Notes under the pieces: model-generated
What the model was told of the DNA's origin: nothing
The model's database searches: none
The model's input: the letters and a program-made list of their open reading frames with translations, nothing else
Virus record (IMG/VR): IMGVR_UViG_3300046003_005111
Location: 1 to 52,600 of that record
Direction: 5' to 3' (one strand)
DNA length: 52,600 bases
DNA from: a virus
Taxonomy: Duplodnaviria > Caudoviricetes
Part shown: in pieces, positions 11,597 to 20,094 of the stretch
Layout: the number at the start of each line of letters is the position of its first letter
Position numbering within the stretch: the stretch's first letter is position 1
Made by a program: the position numbers and the translations under genes

Positions 11597-14356
11597 TTAT
11601 ATCGGAGCAACGCCAAAGTCAACAATATAATTCGCACTACCATTGCTGTTTTGTGACATCGTTCTTTTAATCCACTCACCCATCATAACAGGATCTGAAT
11701 CATAAAATTCTTTTGCATTTATTTTTTGAGTACCGTTTTTAGTTTTTGCTTCAAGCTCTCCACTAACAACAACTGTTATTGTTTGTTGACTATTGTTTGT
11801 ATTAGAATTTGCATATTTATTAGCGTTTAATTCTGATATCAAAGCCATGGCTGATCCAGGTGCTCCAGACATTGCCTGTCCATTTGATAAAGCTAGATAA
11901 TCATTAACTTTACTTGCCTCTGCTATTTCAGACCCATATACACCTGGAATTTCTGGGAGACCCATGAAACTTTTTAAAGTTTTATCATCACGTTTTAATC
12001 CTTCTGTTATTAAATCTTGTTTAGCTTGATTACCACCAGTAAAAAGATCTGAAAACTGAGCACCAGAAACTTTAAAATTATTCACCATTCTATCACTCAT
12101 GTAAGTACCAACACTTTGCATACCTAACGCATCGCTTGCAAACATACCAACAAAATCAACAACACCACTAACCCCAGCCGCTAAACCACCTAATAAATCA
12201 TTACCCCATCCAGCTTCATTTTGTTCCTTTCTAACATTTTTTACTTTTTCAGTTAAAGTTGATTTATTATCAATACCCATTGCAGCCGCCTTACCCCTTG
12301 TGTTTTCGTCATTCGACTGCATAGCAATACCAGCGTTTTCCAACATCCCACCAATACCTGTGATATTTTTCATTGATTTAAGTATTTCACCAAATGCAAT
12401 TTTTACGTAAGGTATGACATTATCAAATACAAATTTTATAATACTAGTAAATATTTCCTTCATCTTATCAAAGAAAGCACCATCACCATTCATTATCTTT
12501 CTTATACCACCAATAAATTCAGTGAAACCTGATAAAAACATATCAACACCAGTTCTAAATTTACCACCTGGACTAAAAACATCTTTTATAAGTGGTATCA
12601 ACGTTGATGCGATATCTTTACCTAATTTTTCAATTTCATTTAACAAACCACTATCAGCTAAAAGCTTATTTAATTCTGTAAATAATGGTGTTAAACCAAT
12701 TGCAAATCTTTCTAATATATTATTAAATCTATCTTGTAGTGTTAATCTTTGTTTTGCGGCCTCATCATTAGCTTTTCTTTGATTTAATATTGTTTGTAAC
12801 TGATCTTTACTTGTAATCGAACTAACTAATTTACTAACACCGTTTGGCATTTTAATCTCATATTGACCACTTTTATTTATGGTCATTAAATTAGCCAGAG
12901 ATTGTTTATCATCATCACTAAAACCTACTAAAGAACCAGCTCTCTTACTAAGAGCATTCATTTTATCAGTTGTTTTAGCTTGTTCAATAGCAGCATTAAC
13001 AATACTATCATAATTTTGACCAAGAGATTCAGCAACTTCTTTTAATATTTGACGTTGTGCTGGTGGTATTATGAAATCACCGTTTTTGTTTTTAATCGCT
13101 AAACCTTTTGCTGCGTTAATTAATTTTTCAGCCATTCCATCCGCATTGTTCATTGAATCATACATCAATTGGAATGGATCCCCAAACATTTGTGCAAACT
13201 CACCACCAAGTACTTGTATCTTAGCAGCAGCTTCTACAGCTTTTTCTGGACTAAAGAAAGCATCTTTAAATGATTTTATTGATTCAGCTAAGTTAAATCT
13301 TAACGATTCAGCTTTAGCGGCTAATTTTGTTAAACCCTCAACACTTCTACCAAAACCAGATCCTGTTAAAGCTTTAACAACTTCTGTAGTTGTTTGTAAT
13401 AATTTTGTTTGATTAATATTAAACCTAGCGGCTTCGTTTCTACCTTTTTGAGCAACTTTGAGTGTTGTACCTAAAGAGTAACCTAAATTATCAAATTCAG
13501 CAACCATTTTAGTTACACCTTCAACAGCTAACCCAGTGCTATTACCAAGATTAACAATATCAGTAATTTCTTTCGTACTAAAAATTCGGTTTTTACCCGT
13601 ATCCTCACTAAATCCTTTTATGATTTTACCAACATCTTCTATTTTACCACCATATTCAAGTATTTCATTATATATTGTTGGCATCGCATCTAATAGTCGA
13701 TAATATTCTTTATTGGTCATACCGATATCCGCTGACAATGCACCGACAACTTTTTGCATTTCAAGGAATAACTTCCAAGCTTTTTCAATAGGGAAAATAA
13801 TTTTAAAAATAGCTTTACCGATATCAAACGCAGCACCTAATATATTACCAAACATACTGAATAAACCACCAAAACTTGATGATAAAAAACCACCAACTTT
13901 ACCAAAGATGTTAAGCGCTTGACCCAATTTACTAACGGAAGATTTTGCCATTTCGTAATTTACTTCCTGTATTTCTTTTTCAAGTTCTAACTGGGCTTTT
14001 TTCTTTTTAACTAAATCAGCGGCCGCTTTATTACCTTTTTTTTCGAGTTGCTCAGCAACCTCAGCCATGGTTTTGATTTCAACTTCGGTTTTCTTAAGAC
14101 CTTTTTTAGCTTTTTTAAGATTTTCAGCGTCTTCAGCCATTTCTTTACCAAACCTTTTTAGGTTTTGGTAAACTGATTGTGTTTTTAAATCCCATTCTCT
14201 ACCAGCTGCTTTTTTTGCGTTTATAGCATCATACATCGACAACATCTTATTGATGTGCTCCTCTTCTTGTTGTGCTGTTATGATATTGGCTTTTTTTGCG
14301 GCATCAAGTTTCTTTAACGCCCCATCTAAATTACCAAAAATATCCCCTTGTGCCAT
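11597..14356 (-). CDS. Tape measure protein (paralogue A, 919 aa)
   Basis: Helical, Ala/Gly/Lys-rich with amphipathic G-rich segments; lies between tube/chaperone and baseplate genes; FGDPFQLM motif shared with paralogue B. Confidence 0.75.
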   Translation of the reverse strand: MAQGDIFGNLDGALKKLDAAKKANIITAQQEEEHINKMLSMYDAINAKKAAGREWDLKTQSVYQNLKRFGKEMAEDAENLKKAKKGLKKTEVEIKTMAEVAEQLEKKGNKAAADLVKKKKAQLELEKEIQEVNYEMAKSSVSKLGQALNIFGKVGGFLSSSFGGLFSMFGNILGAAFDIGKAIFKIIFPIEKAWKLFLEMQKVVGALSADIGMTNKEYYRLLDAMPTIYNEILEYGGKIEDVGKIIKGFSEDTGKNRIFSTKEITDIVNLGNSTGLAVEGVTKMVAEFDNLGYSLGTTLKVAQKGRNEAARFNINQTKLLQTTTEVVKALTGSGFGRSVEGLTKLAAKAESLRFNLAESIKSFKDAFFSPEKAVEAAAKIQVLGGEFAQMFGDPFQLMYDSMNNADGMAEKLINAAKGLAIKNKNGDFIIPPAQRQILKEVAESLGQNYDSIVNAAIEQAKTTDKMNALSKRAGSLVGFSDDDKQSLANLMTINKSGQYEIKMPNGVSKLVSSITSKDQLQTILNQRKANDEAAKQRLTLQDRFNNILERFAIGLTPLFTELNKLLADSGLLNEIEKLGKDIASTLIPLIKDVFSPGGKFRTGVDMFLSGFTEFIGGIRKIMNGDGAFFDKMKEIFTSIIKFVFDNVIPYVKIAFGEILKSMKNITGIGGMLENAGIAMQSNDENTRGKAAAMGIDNKSTLTEKVKNVRKEQNEAGWGNDLLGGLAAGVSGVVDFVGMFASDALGMQSVGTYMSDRMVNNFKVSGAQFSDLFTGGNQAKQDLITEGLKRDDKTLKSFMGLPEIPGVYGSEIAEASKVNDYLALSNGQAMSGAPGSAMALISELNANKYANSNTNNSQQTITVVVSGELEAKTKNGTQKINAKEFYDSDPVMMGEWIKRTMSQNSNGSANYIVDFGVAPI

Positions 14357-14384
14357 ATATTAAATTTAATGATTATTGCTTAAC

Positions 14385-14393
14385 TATAAATAT
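14385..14393 (-). promoter_or_regulatory. Putative late promoter motif ATATTTATA
   Basis: 28 nt upstream of the tape measure A start. Confidence 0.55.
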
Positions 14394-14409
14394 TAAACAT
14401 TATATTTTA

Positions 14410-16992
14410 TTATGAATAATAGACCATTTGGTTTATTATTTGTTTGGATACAATGTTCGTTGCCTCTTTAATACCACCACTATCTAAATCATGTTGTGTC
14501 ATATCGATTGTACCCGTTAAATTTATATTAACCACTGGTTTTTTTACGGACGCTATTTGATTAGCTTTTTCATTAAAAAATAATACAGCATCATCTTTTC
14601 TACCTTGTAATATCTTACCGTTTGCAAAAACAACTGGCCCCTTTGTATTTAATGGATTTAAAATTGGGTTATTATCCATCTTAAATGGTACCGAAACATT
14701 TGGTGTATTTTGCTCATAACCCATAAAATTTGGGGTTGGCGTTGTATTAATAGCTTTGGTTGTTTTTTTACCTTCAGCAGCTTTTTTGTTTGCCGCATCA
14801 ATTTTTTGTTTTAAATCAGTAAGTTTACTTAAATCAATTTTATCTTCATCTAAATTTGATGTATTATAAGCTTTTACATCCTCTATTAAACCTGGTAAAG
14901 CTTCTTTTGCTAAAAAACTATCTTCACCACCAGATAAAACAGCTTTAGATTTCATTTGTAAACCATAACCTTTCATTGAATCAAAACCAAATAACTCACC
15001 CAAATTTTCAATTAGAATCCCACCCGTATATTGTAAGTAAGGTATAACATTAACTTTAAATAACGAAAAAATTAAAACACCAGTTTCAGAAATTCTTTGA
15101 CCAAGTTCTTTTTTCGGATCCATCCATATGTCGAATAATTTATGAAAAATATTTTTAATCGTAACAAAACCATCAAATACTAATTTTCTAAAATTACCAT
15201 TTTCAGAAAAAGCTTCGTGTATAAAATCAATCATATTAGTTGATATATCTTTAGCTAAATTTTCTATATCACCTATTGTGTTATGGTTATCAAATAAATT
15301 ATTCAGTTCAATAAAAACTTGTGAAAAACCAATACTAAATCTATCGATTGCAATACCAATTCTTTCAGCTAATGTTTTTCTAAGTAAGGCTGTTTGTTCG
15401 TTTTTTCTTTCTTGATTTAAAATACCGTATATTTCTGCCGTGCCTGGTGTTTCTTCTAGTCTTCGTATAATTCCGTTTGATAACATTATACTATAAGAAC
15501 CATCCTCATTCATTGTCATTAAATTAGTTAGTAAAGTATTTTGTTCATCAGTTAATCCGAATGTTTTAACACCTTTACTTCTTAAAGCTTCTATTTTATC
15601 ATTATATTTAGCGTCCTCAATAGCGGCGTTAAATAATTCATCTGCATCTTGATTTATTGTTTTAGCAAATTCTCTTATTAATTCACGATCTTCTGGTGAT
15701 ATTTGAAAACCATTTCTACCTTTAAACGCTTTACCTTTAACAACTTCCATTAAATCAGCTGTTAATTGTAATGGATCTTCTATACTTTTTGCCATTAACG
15801 TAAAAGGGTCACCGAAGTAAAAAGCGAATTTACCACCAAGTAATTTAGCTGTCGATGCAACTTCTATCGCTGTTTCTGGATCGGTAAAAGCGTCTTTAAA
15901 AGCACCAACACTTTTTTTAACATCAACTCTAGCTTTTTGTGTTTTAATAACTAATTTAACCATACCCTCTAAACCTTTTTGGATACCAAAACCTGTTAAT
16001 TCAGTAACCAATTCACTAGTTTTTTTAAGAACCGTTGTTTGGTTTTGAGAAACTGCCATAGACTTTCCTCTAACATATTTTGTAAAACCTAATGTCTTAT
16101 CTAATGAATATCCTAAATTTTCAAAATTACCGATTAATTCACCAGCCGCATCAACACCAAGTCCAGTCCCTAAACCAAGTTCAATTATTGATTTAAATTG
16201 CTCACCGCTAAAAACCCTATTTCTATTTGTTAATTTGTTATAACCTTCATAAGCTTCACCAACTTGCTCAATAGTACCACCAACATCTAAAACTTCGTTC
16301 ATTATTAATGGCATGTTATTAAAAAAACGCTTAGATTCTGACGCTAATAAACCAGAATCCGCTGAAACTTTACCGACAAGTCTTTGCATTTCTAAAAACT
16401 TCTCGTACACAGCACCAATACCCATATCAACACCAAGTACATTCTGTAAAAATGAAAAACCTATTTTAACAATACTAACAGCAACATTAAATAACATTTT
16501 TGCTGCGCTAATAATAAGACCACCAACCACCATTATGGCGGCTAAATAAGGGTTACCAGATTTTGCCCCAGATTCAACCGAACTTGTGACATCATCCATA
16601 GCTTCTTTAATATCTTTTTCAATTTCTAACTGAACCCTTCTTTTGTGTAAAGCTTTACCTAATTCATTTTTATGGTTAGCTATTGCATCATTTTCTTTTT
16701 CTTTATAAAGATTTATCTGTTCGTCAAGAAATCGTATTCTATCTTTATTTTTTTGGCGTTCTTTATAAATCTTTTCTTTTTCTTTTTGTACTCTTTTAAA
16801 ATACCCCCATAAACTTTCGTTTTTGGCATTCCATCGATACATTTCTTCTTTTTGGGCAATAGCATCGTTATACGTATCAATTACATCTTGTACGTACCTT
16901 TCAATCATTTGTTGTGAATTGGCTGAAGCTGCTGTATTAACTTGCAACTTTTTAACCATCTCATCTATCGCTGATGATATATCCCCTTGCAT
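14410..16992 (-). CDS. Tape measure protein (paralogue B, 860 aa)
   Basis: Collinear similarity with 11597..14356: QGDI start, FLEMQ..VG..SAD.G, NR.FS, F.NLGYSL..TL, FKDAF..PE.A.E.A....LGG.FA..FGDPF.LM. Confidence 0.72.
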   Translation of the reverse strand: MQGDISSAIDEMVKKLQVNTAASANSQQMIERYVQDVIDTYNDAIAQKEEMYRWNAKNESLWGYFKRVQKEKEKIYKERQKNKDRIRFLDEQINLYKEKENDAIANHKNELGKALHKRRVQLEIEKDIKEAMDDVTSSVESGAKSGNPYLAAIMVVGGLIISAAKMLFNVAVSIVKIGFSFLQNVLGVDMGIGAVYEKFLEMQRLVGKVSADSGLLASESKRFFNNMPLIMNEVLDVGGTIEQVGEAYEGYNKLTNRNRVFSGEQFKSIIELGLGTGLGVDAAGELIGNFENLGYSLDKTLGFTKYVRGKSMAVSQNQTTVLKKTSELVTELTGFGIQKGLEGMVKLVIKTQKARVDVKKSVGAFKDAFTDPETAIEVASTAKLLGGKFAFYFGDPFTLMAKSIEDPLQLTADLMEVVKGKAFKGRNGFQISPEDRELIREFAKTINQDADELFNAAIEDAKYNDKIEALRSKGVKTFGLTDEQNTLLTNLMTMNEDGSYSIMLSNGIIRRLEETPGTAEIYGILNQERKNEQTALLRKTLAERIGIAIDRFSIGFSQVFIELNNLFDNHNTIGDIENLAKDISTNMIDFIHEAFSENGNFRKLVFDGFVTIKNIFHKLFDIWMDPKKELGQRISETGVLIFSLFKVNVIPYLQYTGGILIENLGELFGFDSMKGYGLQMKSKAVLSGGEDSFLAKEALPGLIEDVKAYNTSNLDEDKIDLSKLTDLKQKIDAANKKAAEGKKTTKAINTTPTPNFMGYEQNTPNVSVPFKMDNNPILNPLNTKGPVVFANGKILQGRKDDAVLFFNEKANQIASVKKPVVNINLTGTIDMTQHDLDSGGIKEATNIVSKQIINQMVYYS

Positions 16993-16994
16993 TA

Positions 16995-17729
16995 TTAAAA
17001 AGTAACAATTATTTGTCTACCACTTTTTTTTATATCCGTAAATTTTTTAGGTAAAACCCTATTTACGTAATCCACATTAGCTTTATTTTTAAAATAATCT
17101 ATGATTTTATCGATTGTTGACCCAGAAATATTATTAAACTCAATTTTTTTTGTTACCTTCTGTTCATTTACATGTACGACCACTGTATCATTATCGGTAT
17201 TTATTTTAATGTCATTAGGGTCATTTGGATTTTTTTGTATAGTAACATCTGTGTTTTTAAAATTATCATTACCTAAAATACCTTGTAAATTTTTTTTATT
17301 TAAAAAATCAAGATTTCGTTCATATTTAATTTTAACATCTGAATATTTTTTGTTATCAATAAAATAAGCTATTGTTAATATAATAAGTGATAAATCTTCC
17401 GCGACACCCAAAACATTATTATCATATTTAAGATTTGAGTATATACCCTTATGATGTTTACCAGCAATCGCTAATAAATTATCTTCAACTTTATCAATGC
17501 TAGCCGAAGCTCTATTAGCGGAAACATTAGCAGCAACGTTAGCTTTAATATCATTATCTTTAGCTAAAAATTCTTGAAATGACAATGGTTCAATTTCTTT
17601 AGTATATTCAGCGTCCGTTTTTTTTGGGTCTGAACTTTTAATATCAGGTAAATCCTCAAATTCAACTCTTTCATCCAACTTATTGAAAAGTTTTTCTAAT
17701 TGGGTTTCTGTTATAATATATTTTTTCAT
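16995..17729 (-). CDS. Hypothetical protein, probably virion-associated, N-terminal KYIITETQL motif
   Basis: 244-aa ORF with late motif upstream; 2-nt gap to tape measure B. Confidence 0.6.
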   Translation of the reverse strand: MKKYIITETQLEKLFNKLDERVEFEDLPDIKSSDPKKTDAEYTKEIEPLSFQEFLAKDNDIKANVAANVSANRASASIDKVEDNLLAIAGKHHKGIYSNLKYDNNVLGVAEDLSLIILTIAYFIDNKKYSDVKIKYERNLDFLNKKNLQGILGNDNFKNTDVTIQKNPNDPNDIKINTDNDTVVVHVNEQKVTKKIEFNNISGSTIDKIIDYFKNKANVDYVNRVLPKKFTDIKKSGRQIIVTF

Positions 17730-17742
17730 AAATGTGTTTTAA

Positions 17743-17752
17743 TATAAATATC
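17743..17752 (-). promoter_or_regulatory. Putative late promoter motif GATATTTATA
   Basis: 13 nt upstream of ATG 17729 and immediately after a terminator. Confidence 0.6.
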
Positions 17753-17755
17753 GAA

Positions 17756-17788
17756 TAAAACAAAAAACCCACCTTGATAGTGGGTTTT
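17756..17788 (-). terminator. Intrinsic terminator
   Basis: Minus strand AAAACCCAC-tatcaag-GTGGGTTTT followed by TTGTTTT, directly after stop at 17791. Confidence 0.8.
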
Positions 17789-17790
17789 AT

Positions 17791-18054
17791 TTATCTTCTA
17801 CCAGCTTTCGCCTTGCTCATCTCTCTTTCTCTTGCTTCTTTTATTTTTTCATTCTCTTCCATCAAAATATCAATAAATTTCCTTCTTTCAAAAACTGGCA
17901 TTGCCATTACATCAGCATAGGTAAAATTAGCGTGCTTAACCAGGATATATGATTCATACATCATCTGGTTCCTATAATCAAACGTAAGGCCAAAGAAATT
18001 TGGCTGTAATAGGAAGTTCACCAAAAAAAAACTCTCCACTCGGAGCTTGTACAT
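17791..18054 (-). CDS. gp51-like tail/baseplate assembly protein; own start at 17964 or C-terminal part of a frameshift fusion
   Basis: YILVKHANFTYADVMAMPVFERRKFIDIL resembles the small ORFs that follow gp26-like chaperones; overlaps the upstream gene in the +1 frame. Confidence 0.6.
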   Translation of the reverse strand: MYKLRVESFFLVNFLLQPNFFGLTFDYRNQMMYESYILVKHANFTYADVMAMPVFERRKFIDILMEENEKIKEAREREMSKAKAGRR

Positions 18055-18736
18055 TAATAGTTAAATCAAGACCTGGTTCATTGTCAGATAAATGCTTCCT
18101 AAACTCAGCTGAATCCATTGGTGACATGGTATCAATAAATTGTGCAATAGCAGCCTTTTCTCTAATACCATCAATCTCAGTAATTTGACTTTGTAATCTA
18201 AGCGTCATAACTTGGCTAATCGCATTTGAACCCATTTTTTTGGTTCTTGATTGATCTTCTTTAACCAACTTATCATCTTCATCAGACGTTAAATATTTAA
18301 ATTTAACCGTTTTTTTGCATTTTGGTAACGTAAATGAACACTCACCGTTTTCATCTGGTTTTAACGCATTTTCTTTTATTGGTAATTGACTGATATCAAT
18401 ATCCTCTGTAAATTTTTCATTTGTTTTAGGGTCAGTTAATTCTACTGGGTAGATCTCACCATAACCTGTTGCTCTTAAAAAGAAGATAATAGCGTTTCTA
18501 TCACCTGGTAATAATTGACCAGCTTTGATATCTTTATCTAAAATCTTTTTTTCTAATAAAACATCTAAAACTTTACCACTTTGTAATAAGTTTGGTGATG
18601 TTAAAATGTTCTCATCAGCAGCTGTCATATAAGCAACCTTGATAGTATCTTTTTTGTTTTTGTAAAATTTACCACCTGAAGGTAAGCTAATCACATCATG
18701 TGCTGGTTCAAAGTAAACTTGTTGTTCGTTATCCAT
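17978..18736 (-). CDS. Baseplate hub/tail assembly chaperone, T4 gp26-like
   Basis: LPSGGKFY...YMTAADENIL...GDRNAIIFFLR..GYG..Y...DP...FTLP....VKFKYLT...FLWP pattern; located between tube and tape measure. Confidence 0.75.
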   Translation of the reverse strand: MDNEQQVYFEPAHDVISLPSGGKFYKNKKDTIKVAYMTAADENILTSPNLLQSGKVLDVLLEKKILDKDIKAGQLLPGDRNAIIFFLRATGYGEIYPVELTDPKTNEKFTEDIDISQLPIKENALKPDENGECSFTLPKCKKTVKFKYLTSDEDDKLVKEDQSRTKKMGSNAISQVMTLRLQSQITEIDGIREKAAIAQFIDTMSPMDSAEFRKHLSDNEPGLDLTINVQAPSGEFFFGELPITAKFLWPYV

Positions 18737-18852
18737 ATTTTTTATTTATTTAGATTAATTATAGTACATTATTAAATAGTGTAAACAGTATTTTTTTTAA
18801 AATATACAATTTACCCCGTTTTTAATAATACTTATTATAATAATACGCAGAT

Positions 18853-19254
18853 ATGGCCAAAAAGAAAAGAAAAATTGGAAAATTATTTAAAAAAATGGGT
18901 GGTACTTCAAATCTTGAGGTATCTTTCGCTGAAATACTTACGAGTTTAAATATAAAATTTGAACAACATTTTGTTTTTAAAAAAAGAGAATTTGATTTTT
19001 TATTAACTGAACATAATATTTTGGTTGAAACTCATGGTTGTTTTTTCCACTGTTGCAAAAAACACAATCCAGAGGCTAAATACGCCTTTCAAAGACGAAA
19101 CCTAAAGAATGATCAGTACAAAGTTAAACTGGTCAAATTTGACCCCACATACACCTTATTAGTCATTTGGGAACATGAGGTGAATACCCAAACAGTACTA
19201 ACGGAAAAAATTAATACTTTCATCGGAAAATATAGTAAATTACTAAATGAATAA
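18853..19254 (+). CDS. Vsr/DUF559-like PD-(D/E)xK endonuclease, possibly a homing endonuclease
   Basis: FDFLL...ILVETHGCFFH...D..K......LLVIWEHE matches Vsr-like motifs; antisense within the tail module; TTTACC-N17-TATTAT upstream (18810-18838). Confidence 0.75.
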   Translation: MAKKKRKIGKLFKKMGGTSNLEVSFAEILTSLNIKFEQHFVFKKREFDFLLTEHNILVETHGCFFHCCKKHNPEAKYAFQRRNLKNDQYKVKLVKFDPTYTLLVIWEHEVNTQTVLTEKINTFIGKYSKLLNE

Positions 19255-19283
19255 AAAAAAAGGGGTCGCATAGCACCCCTTTG
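19253..19283 (-). terminator. Intrinsic terminator between convergent tube and nuclease genes, possibly bidirectional
   Basis: AAAGGGGT-cgcatagc-ACCCCTTT stem; long U-tract on the minus strand. Confidence 0.8.
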
Positions 19284-19302
19284 TAAAATTAATTGAAAAA
19301 TT

Positions 19303-19791
19303 CTAGTAAACCAATATACAACGATCCATTCTCAATGTAACCGTAATATCTGCAATTTCATCATCGCTGTATTCTAACGATCCAAAATCAGCATTGGTTA
19401 TAAATGTACCTTGAAGGATCCATTTTTCTACAACAACACCCGTTGGATCAAGCATTTCTAATTCTATATCTTTTTTATAACCAGCAGCATAACCCATTCT
19501 ACCAGTAACAGACTCAGCATGTAAACGAACCCATTCCATTAACGCTTGTGAAGCAGAAGGACCGATAGGATCTTTAAACGTAACGTCAATAGCATCCCAT
19601 GTAAATCTACCAGCTACATATGTAGAAGTATTTAAAAACGGTATCTCAACTTCGTTTATTGCGATTTTAGGTCTTGATGTAGAGATTACAAACCACTCGT
19701 TAATTCCAAGTGAGCTTGGGAATCTTAAAATAAATCTGTTCTTTCTTTTTGGTTCGTAAGGAACAGGCATTTTCATTAATAAGTTAGCCAT
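19303..19791 (-). CDS. Tail tube protein (T4 gp19-like)
   Basis: EPKRKNRF...RP...YVAGRFTWDAIDVTFKDPI...EW...YKKDIELEMLDPTGVVVEKWILQG.F...FGSLEY; directly downstream of sheath. Confidence 0.92.
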   Translation of the reverse strand: MANLLMKMPVPYEPKRKNRFILRFPSSLGINEWFVISTSRPKIAINEVEIPFLNTSTYVAGRFTWDAIDVTFKDPIGPSASQALMEWVRLHAESVTGRMGYAAGYKKDIELEMLDPTGVVVEKWILQGTFITNADFGSLEYSDDEIADITVTLRMDRCILVY

Positions 19792-19827
19792 ATTTTTTCT
19801 TTATTTAGTTTTGTTTTATTGTTTATT

Positions 19828-19837
19828 AATAAATATC
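19828..19837 (-). promoter_or_regulatory. Putative late promoter motif GATATTTATT
   Basis: 36 nt upstream of the tube ATG. Confidence 0.55.
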
Positions 19838-19885
19838 TTTATTTTTGTATTTGTACACTTTTTTTAAAAAAATATTTAGGAATAC

Positions 19886-19916
19886 TTGACTTTTCGCGTT
19901 TTTTATATTATTTTTG
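19886..19916 (+). promoter_or_regulatory. Host-sigma-type promoter TTGACT-N17-TATTTTTG with no downstream ORF
   Basis: Fits both a -35/-10 spacing and the Bacteroidota TTG...TAnnTTTG consensus; points into an AT-rich non-coding stretch. Confidence 0.4.
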
Positions 19917-20053
19917 TTAAGGTACTTAACCAAAGTACTCTATTCATATAGTACTATAATATATTATCTATTATATTCTATTATATATATGTACTATATA
20001 TTATTTTTCTTTGTTACTTTCTTTTTAACCACCAGCATAAATTAACCAACGAT

Positions 20054-20090
20054 AAAAAAAATATGGGGGTACTATTAACGCACCCCCAAT
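20054..20090 (-). terminator. Intrinsic terminator after the sheath gene
   Basis: TGGGGGT...ACCCCCA stem followed by ATTTTTTTT on the minus strand. Confidence 0.75.
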
Positions 20091-20094
20091 TTTA

